A stretch of 64,000 nt of DNA from Bolinopsis microptera (Eukaryota): contig NC_087080.1 of NCBI RefSeq assembly GCF_026151205.1, positions 4,874,797 through 4,938,796 of the forward strand, read 5' to 3'. Every line of letters starts with the position of its first letter. Within the stretch, counting starts at the first letter, position 1. Positions 23,006-32,302 of this stretch are shown here, one piece after another. Position numbers and translations under genes: made by a program. Under the pieces are notes generated by a model that saw only the letters and a program-made list of their open reading frames with translations, did no database searches and was not told the DNA's origin.

Positions 23006-23365
23006 AGTCCAAACAGACCCCAAACACTAACAGTACTCCCTCCCCTAATAAGCTTAAGGTATAACATTACAGCAAATCTTCTGGGCTAATCCAATTATGA
23101 CGCTACTTAAATGCAGCAGATAACTTATTACACAGTAATGAGAGAGAGCGAGAGAAAGAGAGAGCAGGCCCCGTAACTCTTGCCGTTCTGCTCAAGCAAC
23201 TTTATGTAACATTTGTGGTACAAAACCATCAATTAAACCACTTACCACCGGCCGATTTTTTAAAAAATTTCCTATGGGCTTCATCAGAGTTTTGTCGACA
23301 CTATACCGAAAAAATCAGTCCCGTAACTCTTACCGTTTTTTTTGTATAACCGACCGGAAATTACA

Positions 23366-23405
23366 CACGGACAGACAGACAGACAGACACACACACACAC
23401 ACACA
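23366..23405. repeat. (CAGA)n(CA)n compound microsatellite
   Basis: acagacagacagacagacacacacacacacaca. Confidence 0.9.
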
Positions 23406-23532
23406 TTCTGGTGTTATTAAGGTGATTATTATGTTATTATATTAGGATGACTTGACTTTGAAGAGCAGAAAATGGCCCATACCCCGTATTGCAATCAAAA
23501 GAAAGTTTGATTTAGTTTAAGAATCTCTGATA

Positions 23533-23658
23533 ATGCCCTTCAAAGACGTAGTTGTTCTCTTTGATTTTGACTGGACAATCAATTATAAAGAAAAGCTTCG
23601 TATCAAAAACCAAGTTCTGAACCATGGAGGATGTGTCTCATATTCTTTAACCAAGAAG
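23533..23658 (+). CDS. PARP4: PARP4 (vault PARP)-like gene, exon 1 (start codon; first half of the N-terminal BRCT domain). GC-AG intron follows
   Basis: MPFKDVVVLFDFDWTINYKEKLRIKNQVLNHGGCVSYSLTKK aligns with the human PARP4 N-terminus ..LKVKYLPQQQKKKLQTDIKENGGKFSFSLNPQ. Donor is aag|GCaagt, the canonical GC-donor consensus. Confidence 0.6.
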
Positions 23659-23826
23659 GCAAGTTTCACAGATATTTAGATCTATAATAAAACGATTATT
23701 TTAATTAAAAATTTATCGATGGTAAATAAATCAGTGGAGGCTTCTCACGATTATTGTTCACCAAATACATTACATTAAAGATTTAATTTATGTTTGTGAG
23801 TGCAGAACTTACACGAGCCTTCGTAG

Positions 23827-24016
23827 GTTAAATTCATCGTGTCCACCAACCCAACGCTCACCAAGGATACGTACCGTGGCAGGGCTGCCAAGAAACTTGG
23901 AATACCTATTGTAGATATTTATTACTTAAAAGAGTGCATCATTGCGAACTCTTTACTAGAATTGGATAAATCTTTGGTCTTGAGTGATACTGAAAAATTA
24001 CAGTCTGGAAGAATAG
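23827..24016 (+). CDS. PARP4: PARP4-like exon 2 (second half of BRCT domain)
   Basis: VKFIVSTNPTLTKDTYRGRAAKKLGIPIVDIYYLKECIIANSLLELDKS has the BRCT signature and aligns with human ..THIILDNADVL..VHIANPDFIWKSIREKRLLDVKNY. Acceptor tcgtag|, donor ag|gtaaag. Phases consistent with exon 1. Confidence 0.6.
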
Positions 24017-24165
24017 GTAAAGATTCATAATTTATTTTTCAGACAGTATTATTTTGGGCCGAAACGAATTTAGGGACAGTTTTTTGCTGATAAATGATAC
24101 GCATAACTCGGTAAGTTTAAATCTGTGGTTACAAATGAATCTTGTTAAAATATCTAAATGTTCAG

Positions 24166-24229
24166 ATTTACCAGATCAGGGTGATTCAGCTGAACTCGAG
24201 TCAGACTATAGAAAAATCCCAGATTTCCA
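24166..24229 (+). CDS. PARP4: PARP4-like exon 3
   Basis: DLPDQGDSAELESDYRKIPDFQ (compare human ..VEIPHLPQDFEV). Phase-consistent splice sites (ttcag| and cca|gtgagt). Confidence 0.45.
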
Positions 24230-24376
24230 GTGAGTAAATTTCACGGGACCAGTTGTCATGGGTTGATTTTCAGTTGTTAAGTTTTACCGAAGTATAGGAT
24301 GAGAAGTGAATGAGAATTATTGAATTACTTCATCTATATTTCTAGTCATCTTTGCTGATCTTAGTATCCATTTTAG

Positions 24377-24452
24377 GGATCTGGCAACAAAAGGGAAAGA
24401 AGACGTCAAAATTGACCGCAGCAAGTTCCGCTGTGTCAAATACTCCACTACT
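24377..24452 (+). CDS. PARP4: PARP4-like exon 4
   Basis: QDLATKGKEDVKIDRSKFRCVKYSTT, phase-consistent. The donor act|gtgagt is immediately followed by a 13-bp minisatellite. Confidence 0.4.
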
Positions 24453-24550
24453 GTGAGTTAGTAACTCTAGTTAGTAACTCTAGTTAGTAACTCTAGTTAG
24501 TAACTCTAGTTAGTAACTCTAGTAAGTAACTCTAGTTAGTAACTCTAGTG
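24453..24550. repeat. (TAGTTAGTAACTC)n 13-bp minisatellite, about 7 copies
   Basis: Begins at the splice donor of exon 4 (gtgagttagtaactctagttagtaactc...). Confidence 0.9.
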
Positions 24551-24701
24551 CAGTTACCACTCTTATCTCATTTCACAATCCTGTTAACTTAGACTATTGC
24601 TTTACTAAAGGATATTTGAGATGCTTTGAAGTGTTTCACTAATCATGATAATGATAATGTGAGAAAATAGGTCTGTAGATTACGTAAATCCAATGTTTCA
24701 G

Positions 24702-24779
24702 GGATGCACAGAACTTTGGATGAATGAAGGAACTCCTCCTGAGGAGTACATAGTATTGAAATGGGTTACTCTTCCTAAG
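24702..24779 (+). CDS. PARP4: PARP4-like exon 5
   Basis: GCTELWMNEGTPPEEYIVLKWVTLPK with acceptor tttcag| and donor aag|gtatta. Downstream exons at 24913-25038, 25690-25855 and 25936-26035 are plausible (helical-domain-like LKTGASEAEIKEL) but not assigned with confidence. Confidence 0.35.
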
Positions 24780-25321
24780 GTATTATATTTAGGTTAGCTG
24801 TTCATTTTGTTCATTTAGAGAAAACTACTATCGTTCTATTTTGGTTTTTTTTTTTTTTTAAATCACAGAGTTGAATGATAAAGAGATCAAAGTAAGTTAT
24901 TTCCAGATTGATAACAATTCAGGCAATGAATCACAACAAAGGATGGATATTCTCAAGTTTCCAAGATGCTTTGTTCATGTACTGCTTCATTACTCCACAT
25001 GCAGATGTCACGAATACACTCAGCCACCCAAATATGAAGGTTCGTATGACGAAATGGACAATGTGATAAAAATACACTATAACTACGATTTACCGTGGAG
25101 TTTGGGCGAAAGGAAATAGCCACGGGAAATTGAGATTCGCAGTAAATCTGAGTTTTACTGTACTATCTTATCTATAAACTTGTTCAACTTAGTTTGACAT
25201 TGTTTAAATTTTACTAAAAGTTACACAACTGTATGTAGGTTAACCAAGATACAAAGATGCCAGGAAATTCAGACAAAATCTTACATTATTACTGGAGAAA
25301 ACTATTGGAAGTTTTTAAACA

Positions 25322-25490
25322 GTTGGAGAATTGGAAAGTATCCGTCAGTAACATCCATAGGTAACTATTTACAAGTAATTATCAGGAAAGTATCCGTCAT
25401 TCATAGGTAATTATTTATAAGTAATTATCAGGAAAGTATCCGTCATTCATAGGTAACTATTTACAAGCAATTATCAGGAAAGAGTTCAAC
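25322..25490. repeat. About 50-bp tandem repeat, about 3.5 copies
   Basis: ggaaagtatccgtcattcataggtaattatttataagtaattatcag units. Confidence 0.85.
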
Positions 25491-25547
25491 TTTTTCCAAT
25501 TAGTTTATTGTACCCACGAAAACATTCTCTTTCACATAATATTACGT

Positions 25548-25680
25548 AATCACTGAGGGGGTTTTAAATGATTACGCTAGTGGTATTTTTAACACGATAG
25601 TTAAAACTGATTACGGAGGGGGTGGGTCCGGGGGTTAAAAATTGTCCAAAAAGTGATCAGGTAATATGTGAATGATCCCC
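25548..25680. mobile_element. Fragment of the ACGTAAT-TIR MITE family (truncated copy)
   Basis: cactgagggggttttaaatgattacgctagtg...gattacggaggggg...aatatgtgaatgatcccc is homologous to the complete copies at 36651-36832 and 39826-39980. Confidence 0.5.
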
Positions 25681-26130
25681 TAACTTCAGGGACCTATCAA
25701 TAATGCATGATATAGCCCACTTGCTCAAAACCGGAGCCAGTGAAGCCGAGATAAAGGAACTTGGGGACCATTTATCGGAGGGCTGGGAACACTGCACCCC
25801 TCCAAATCTACGTGCTGTCTACTCTTCTATTTTCATATCCCAGGTTTGCTGAATTTCATATTAAAAGTTCATGTCTAGGTGCTAACATTAAATAGGTTAC
25901 AGATTATTGTAACGCAATATTTTAGTTTATTTTCAGGTATGTAAACAGTTCGAGGTGTTGAAAGTTAGTTTAGAAATAAGACTACTTGTCATTGAATGGA
26001 AACTTTGTATTGATACTATTAAAATGATACAAGAAGTAGTAATGTCTAAGCAATCACCTATATCCAATAATTTGAACTTAATCTGTTGGGTTAGATTCCT
26101 CTAGCATGGATTTTCTGGTGTTTTAATAGA

Positions 26131-26867
26131 TTTAATTTCCGAACTGCTGGATACGATCAATCTGGAAATCTGAATAGTTTCTCTCCGGAGTGAATATCCA
26201 TATGTCGTTTGAGGTGTGCTTTCCGAACTGCTGCGTACGAACAATCTGGACATTTAAATTGTTTCTCTCCGGAGTGAGTATTCATTATATGTGCTTGGAG
26301 GTGTGATTTCAGAGCTCCTGCATACGAACAATCTGAACATCTAAATGGTTTCTCTCCGGAGTGAGTCTTCATATGTATTCTGAGGTATTATTTCTGAGCT
26401 GTTGCATACGAACAATCTGAACATTTAAAAGGTTTTTCTCCGGAGTGAGTCTTCATATGTATTCTGAGGTGTGATTTCAGAGCTGCTGCATACGAACAAT
26501 CTGAACATTTAAAAGGTTTCTCTCCGGAGTGAGTCGTCATATGTACTCTGAGGTGTGATTTCAGAGCTCCTGCATACGAACAATCTGAACATTTAAAAGG
26601 TTTCTCTTTGGAGTGAGTCTTCATATGTACTCTGAGGTGTGATTTCAGAGCTGCTGCATACGAACAATCTGAACATTTAAATGGTTTTTCTCCGGAGTGA
26701 GTCTTCATATGTACTGTGATGTGTGATTTCCGAACTGCTGCATACGAACATTCTGAACATTTAAAAGGTTTCTCTCCAGAGTGAGTCTTCATATGTACTC
26801 TGAGGTGTGATTTCAGAGCTGCTGCATACGAACAATCTGAACATTTAAATGGTTTCTCTCCGGAGTG
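26131..26867 (-). pseudogene. Partial tandem duplicate of the C2H2 zinc-finger array (about 9 fingers, internal frameshift, no N-terminal domain)
   Basis: 84-bp DNA periodicity. 26185-26340 is nearly identical to 28305-28460. The two track ORFs (26157-26372, 26388-27107) are in different frames. Array begins at the same finger position (atttccgaactg) as gene A's 3' end. Confidence 0.55.
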
Positions 26868-27228
26868 TGTCAACAGATGATTTGATTGATTTGAAACTTT
26901 TACAAAATAGCAAGTATACAAATGTACAGCAATTCGAACAAACATATAAAATGGGCCGAAATGTATAAATGCTAAAAAGCGTGGGTCAGTGAAACAAGTA
27001 CAGAGGACAACTTTCAGAACAGGAGTTTTTTGGCCGCCCAAAGTCTCAATAACATCACCTCCACCTAGTAATAAAATTATGAAACGTGAAAAGTGTGAAA
27101 CAATCAAATAATAATGTATTTATATAATATAATTGTCTCTCAAATACAGATAACGTCCGTAAACTCTTAAAATACTCCTACAAGTACATATTATACTGAT
27201 CGGTGTCCGAGAAACATGAATTACGCCA

Positions 27229-28149
27229 TCATGGTGCCTTCTTAACCCGGCTACAGACCTTCCCGTTACGGATGTAGTGGTCGAGATGAGTCTGTTCAGC
27301 CTTCTTCTTCTTCAGGTCAGTTACCACGTTCTTCCTTGCTGCACGCTCTTCACTGGATCTATCAGGACAGATCCATACATCTTTGTGTGCATCAGCCATC
27401 CTCAGTCTCCCTGTTTTCATCAGAATCTGATGAACTGCTGTTGAGCTAGGGACGGTGATCTTGACTGGTCGGATAGCCGTGATACCTGGCCTCTTCCAGC
27501 CGACTCTAGTCGCTTCAAAATGAGGTCTCTCCCCGATCTCCTCCAATACTGCGGTTACCAGAGCTGGAAGCTGTTCTCCATCCTCTTCTTTCAGTCCAAA
27601 CACTATCAGATTCTTGCTCCTGTCCTCCTCTGCAGCCACACTCTTTATTACATTCTTCAGAATTTTACTGTTGCAGACCGCGCCATTTGTGCTGTTCTTT
27701 TGTACAGCGGCACTGTAGCTCTTAATCCCTGTCTCCACCGTTGTTTGTACTGTCTCTTCAACTGACGTCTTAAACAACTGTAGTTGTTCGTCCTTCTGCA
27801 CTAGCAACTGGTCCTGCAACCTGACCATCTTTTCCTTGTCTGCTAGTGCTTCCGTCTTGAGGCACTCAACGATTTCCATCATAGCGCTCATCTGACTACT
27901 CTGCCGTCGTACGAGGTCTGCTGCTTGCATAACCCATTCTGCCATATACCTTTTATAGATAGACGGAGACATGAGTATTTCTTGGTCCATATCTCCACGA
28001 ATTTCGAAGTTTTCTACTTTCAGTTCTCTTGCCATCGAAGTGAACCATCTATCAGCACATCCCTCTACATCTTCCTTTTCTTCATAGTTGAAATCCTTGA
28101 GTTTCTTCTGAGATCGGGTCAAATGTAAATCATCCTCCGTGGTGTACAT
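27229..28149 (-). CDS. L1-type ORF1p-like protein (coiled coil + RRM-like + CTD; Transposase_22-like), no RT downstream
   Basis: MYTTEDDL... coiled-coil region, then NLIVFGLKEEDGE...RPVKITVPSSTAVHQILMKTGRLR...DVWICPDRSSEERAARKNVVTDLKKK resembles the L1 ORF1p RRM/CTD (NLRIIGVPE...RHIIVKFS..ERIL...IRLSADFSAETLQARRE). Real Met at 28149; the upstream part of the track ORF reads through ZF DNA. Confidence 0.55.
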   Translation of the reverse strand: MYTTEDDLHLTRSQKKLKDFNYEEKEDVEGCADRWFTSMARELKVENFEIRGDMDQEILMSPSIYKRYMAEWVMQAADLVRRQSSQMSAMMEIVECLKTEALADKEKMVRLQDQLLVQKDEQLQLFKTSVEETVQTTVETGIKSYSAAVQKNSTNGAVCNSKILKNVIKSVAAEEDRSKNLIVFGLKEEDGEQLPALVTAVLEEIGERPHFEATRVGWKRPGITAIRPVKITVPSSTAVHQILMKTGRLRMADAHKDVWICPDRSSEERAARKNVVTDLKKKKAEQTHLDHYIRNGKVCSRVKKAP

Positions 28150-28222
28150 TGTATAGTAATGTACAAGTATACACACGCAAAGGCTTACTACGCGGTAGCA
28201 GCAAACTGAATTTATCGCAAAG

Positions 28223-29479
28223 TTACAAAAGATGATCTCGAAGACTTGATTTCCGAACTGCTGCATACGAACAATCTGAACATTTAAAAGGTTTCTCTTC
28301 GGAGTGAATATCCATATGTCTTTTGAGGTGTGCTTTCCGAACTGCTGCATACGAACAATCTGGACATTTAAATGGTTTCTCTCCGGAGTGAGTATTCATT
28401 ATATGTGCTTGGAGGTGTGATTTCAGAGCTCCTGCATACGAACAATCTGAACATTTAAAAGGTTTTTCTCCGGAGTGAGTCTTCATATGTATTCTGAGGT
28501 GTGATTTCAGAGCTGCTGCATACGAACAATCTGAACATTTAAAAGGTTTCTCTTCGGAGTGAGTCGTCATATGTACTCTGAGGTGTGAGTTCAGAGCTCC
28601 TGCATACGAACAATCTGAACATTTAAAAGGTTTCTCTTTTGAGTGAGTCTTCATATGTACTGTGATGTGTGATTTCCGAACTGATGCATACGAACAATAT
28701 AGACATGTGAATGGTTTTTCTCCGGAGTGAGTCTTCATATGTACTGTGATGTGTGATTTCCGAACTGCTGCATACGAACATTCTGAACATTTAAAAGGTT
28801 TCTCTTTGGAGTGAGTCTTCATATGTACTGTGATGTGTGATTTCCGAACTGATGCATACGAACAATATAGACATGTGAATGATTTTACCCCAGTTTGAGT
28901 TGTTAAGGGATATTGAAGAGTTGTTTTTCGTGCACTTACATTTGAAGTTGAACAATCAGGAAATTTTAACAGTTTTTCACTAGCAAGAATATTTTCTTGA
29001 GGATTGGGATTCTCCTGAGACATGGTAGAATTGTCCGATATATTACTGATCACTGAAGACCCTGATCCTTTGCTACTATTATCATTCTGAAATTCATCAC
29101 ATCTTGATCTTTTTTGTTTGCCAGAATTATTAACATGATCATTGATATGCTCAATAAAACTGTCCTCCTCTAGAAACTTTTCCCCACAAACTGAGCAGAG
29201 GAAGCCTCCAGCTTCTCCAGTAAATTCGCCCGGCTCCGTTTTAACTTCTGATTTAAGAACATCACATTTGTTTTGAACACAACAACCATCTTGTTCTGTA
29301 ACAGAACCGCTTTCATGAACAGAACCTCTAGTAGATTCACGTAGTAAACTGTTCTTCTCATCTTGTACTTGCAGGTCAGGCTTATAATGACGTTCCCTGA
29401 TATGTTCAAGGAAATACTTTTTGCTTCTCAAATCCTCTTCTTCTGTCTTCACTACTCTTTTTATGTGAGAACATGACAT
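28223..29479 (-). CDS. C2H2 zinc-finger protein (about 170-aa non-finger N-terminus, then about 9 tandem C-x2-C-x12-H-x3-H fingers with SGEKPF linkers); nested antisense in a PARP4-like intron
   Basis: 418-aa ORF. Fingers FKCSDCSYAAALKSHLRVHMKTHSGEKP repeated with 28-aa (84-bp) period. N-terminal region contains one finger-like CSVCGEKF...H..H. Confidence 0.7.
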   Translation of the reverse strand: MSCSHIKRVVKTEEEDLRSKKYFLEHIRERHYKPDLQVQDEKNSLLRESTRGSVHESGSVTEQDGCCVQNKCDVLKSEVKTEPGEFTGEAGGFLCSVCGEKFLEEDSFIEHINDHVNNSGKQKRSRCDEFQNDNSSKGSGSSVISNISDNSTMSQENPNPQENILASEKLLKFPDCSTSNVSARKTTLQYPLTTQTGVKSFTCLYCSYASVRKSHITVHMKTHSKEKPFKCSECSYAAVRKSHITVHMKTHSGEKPFTCLYCSYASVRKSHITVHMKTHSKEKPFKCSDCSYAGALNSHLRVHMTTHSEEKPFKCSDCSYAAALKSHLRIHMKTHSGEKPFKCSDCSYAGALKSHLQAHIMNTHSGEKPFKCPDCSYAAVRKAHLKRHMDIHSEEKPFKCSDCSYAAVRKSSLRDHLL

Positions 29480-30289
29480 CTGAAGAGTATTCTGGATAAA
29501 TTAATAAATACATTCAGGGGGAATTGGAAATCAATAATATTGCACAAGATGAGGAGTGCTGAGTATCAATCATAATTTTAGTATTACTAGAGTAACAGTT
29601 AAAACGGTTAAACATGCATCAGATACATTTGTAAAATTTCAAGTGACAGTAGAACTTAATATATATTAGCTAAAACGGTAAACGCACTGCCAAAACCCCC
29701 ATCTGTCGCAATAGAGTTTGTGTCGCACTACAGTCCAGGTAGCGCACTGAAGTGCGACAGTGTCGATTTTGGAGGATTGTTGCACTATAGTACGTGCTAA
29801 AACAAAAATAAGAAACGTTATCAGTACGAGGGCGAGAATTGAGAACGCAAGCAAGCCTTATTAACGTATCGAAATGTAAGGTTGTGCTCTAATTCAACTT
29901 CCTATTAGGGTCTAAACAGACGTGAAACTCTCTCACGAAACGCGTACAGTAAAACCCCAATTTACCGCGAAGTTTGGGGAAACCAGTCCCCTAACTCTTA
30001 CCGTTTTCTTGATTATTATCAATTTTCTTAATTTGAAACCACTTAAAAGTGGGTTGGATATTACACGCGAACAAACATCGCTCTACAATTTGAATAATAT
30101 AAAGTAGATTTTTGATGTTTCCAGAAAGATCCGCATTTTGCATCACAGTATAATATTGTTACTAAACCCTTAACTTTGCAGCTCTGTCTGGACATTTTAG
30201 CTGTGGCGCCTCAACCAAGAAAACTAAACTCCATACAAGAAGTTTACGCGATATTGGACTTTTCATTCAGTGGTCCCGTCACAGAATCG

Positions 30290-30600
30290 TCGATACGTAA
30301 GTTACAGTGTTACAGTGTTGCAGTGTTACAGTGTTACAGTGTCACAGTGCTACAGTGTTGCAGTGTTACAGTTTTGCAGTGTTACAGTGTTGCAGTGTTA
30401 CAGTGTTACAGTGTTACAGTGTTACAGTGTTATAGTGTTATAGTGTTATAGTGTTATAGTGTTATAGTGTTACAGTGTTACAGTGTTACATTGTTAAATT
30501 GTTACAGTGTTACAGTGTTACAGTGTTACAGTGTTACAGTGTTACAGTGTTACAGTGTTACAGTGTTACAGTGTTACAGTGTTACAGTATCTTAACAACT
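30290..30600. repeat. 8-bp minisatellite (TGTTACAG)n with variants, about 38 copies
   Basis: gttacagtgttacagtgttgcagtgttatag..., produces artefactual ORFs 30176 and 30475. Confidence 0.95.
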
Positions 30601-31149
30601 AAGATCACCATATTCCACAGCTCTGACTCACAAGAAAGCCCTATCCTGCCCTCTGGAACACCCAATATCTGCCCAACTGTTTGCCAGTAACTCTAACGGA
30701 GGAAGTGGAAAGTGCAAGATGCTATATCATGTGACATCAGAAAGGAATGTGATCAGTATTCTATCAAGAGGCTTCTATTTACCCACCCTGGTTTGGAAAT
30801 AAGTTTTGTACATTTTTATCGAGAGTAAAAATGAATCACCTCCACACTATTAGCCAAGTCTATTATAAACCAATCGAACTTTACTTTGGATATAATATCA
30901 TGGGTAAATCAGTCGGGAAAATATCAGTTTTTAAGATTGGTAGAGTATAAGATTCTCTCATTCACATTGTGTAATGTGTATGTATGTAACATTCATGATA
31001 AGAGATAATCATCACCCGTTATGTAACACTTATGATAAGAGATAATGATGATCAGTATTACTTACCACAGATAGAGAGTGAGATGGGTGTAGAGAGAAGA
31101 GACTCTGGTAACCTTGGTAACGGGGTCTACTTCAGCTCTTCTTTGGAGT

Positions 31150-31211
31150 GAGTTTCAAAAGGGGGGGGGGGGGGGGGGGGGGGGCGCCAACAGGCAACGT
31201 TACGCCACTGT
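31150..31211. repeat. Poly-G (about 26 G) abutting a solo Tc1-like MITE terminus
   Basis: G26 then cgccaacaggcaacgttacgccactg, matching the 7617-7645 MITE end. Confidence 0.7.
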
Positions 31212-31405
31212 TTCATTCTCCTTTTTAAATACTTTCCATTAAGATAACTCTTGATTACTTTTTACTTATGATTATTGATAATTTGTGCTCATGATCATAA
31301 CTTGTTAACTTATATTAGTTTAGGAGACGCATCAATACAAATTTAGCAGCAGTTAAAAATTGATATTTCTTGTTCTTTTTAGTAATCAACTCTGTTATCA
31401 TTCAG

Positions 31406-31554
31406 AGACTGTGCTAAATACCTAAACAAAGAAAACAACGCTATCTTTAAATGTAAAGTGTGCGTTGGAGAAGTATTTGAGACGACAGTATCTATGCGTG
31501 ATGTAATACGGGCCCCGCCAAGATATGATTCCATTCTTGGAGTGCCGAAATCTG
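31406..31554 (+). CDS. PARP4: PARP4-like exon, PARP catalytic domain C-terminal part
   Basis: ..CAKYLNKENNAIFKCKVCVGEVFETTVSMRDVIRAPPRYDSILGVPKS aligns with human PARP4 ..SIKYSHPGETDGTRLLLICDVALGKCMDLHEKDFSLTEAPPGYDSVHGVSQT. Acceptor cattcag(ag)|, donor g|gtagtt. Confidence 0.5.
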
Positions 31555-31762
31555 GTAGTTATTATTTCAACAAAGTTTAATGTTTTCAAAGTTAGATATC
31601 TGAGATATCTGCTTTGAGTGTTGAATAAGTAATGAGCGTACTACTATATTGCGAATTTGATGTGGTTAAACAATTTCTGCTGCTGCACAACGTACAAAAC
31701 TCCAATTATTTTCAGGACAGCACAAAAATGTGTAGTATTCTAATTTAACTTTAATATCGCAG

Positions 31763-31923
31763 GAAATCGGCCAACCTCCGCTTTCGACACGGCCGAATAT
31801 TGCATTTTTGACATGACTGCTATTGAGATTGTAGAACTGATAGCTTGTGATATTCCTCTAAACGAATTAAACAAGAACAAAGACTTTGCTGATGAGAATA
31901 ATGTACAATCCTTCCATAACCGG
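31763..31923 (+). CDS. PARP4: PARP4-like exon, end of PARP catalytic domain (contains the catalytic-Glu region AEYCIF)
   Basis: GNRPTSAFDTAEYCIFDMTAIEIVELIACDIPLNELNKNKDFADENNVQSFHNR versus human ..SVTTDFEDDEFVVYKTNQVKMKYIIKF. Splice phases join the 31406 exon and the 32303 exon in frame. Confidence 0.5.
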
Positions 31924-32302
31924 GTCAGTTTGTTACGTTAAGTATTTATTAATTTATTGTGTTTATTTTAATAAATTTTATACGTTTTTTAAAAATGTAG
32001 ATTAAAATACTCAGTACTCACTCACAGAGTCTGATTTTTCGTTATTCAAGTATTAGTGATATATCTTTAACACCAATACCATGATGGAACTACACTGAGC
32101 ATGCTAATTGATTTAGAGCATGGTAATCGATTTATTTTATATTTCATAAATAAAATATAAAATACAATACAATAACATCATAACATCCGTTTACATTGTA
32201 CAACGATACAACCTCAGATACTACATCCGGTATACAATCTAAACAATGTTGAATGTAACTATGTAAATAAAATATTTGCCCCATTTTATTCTACAATTCC
32301 AG

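Noticed and set aside
26388-27107. Track ORF of 239 aa, read as one protein
   Set aside because: Only the C-terminal two-thirds is zinc-finger coding. The N-terminal about 75 aa read through non-coding sequence adjacent to the ORF1p-like ORF, so it is not a real start.
30176-30690. ORFs translating as VLQCYSVTVLQCYSV...
   Set aside because: Products of the 8-bp TGTTACAG minisatellite. Only the first 35 codons of 30176 may be a true PARP4-like exon.
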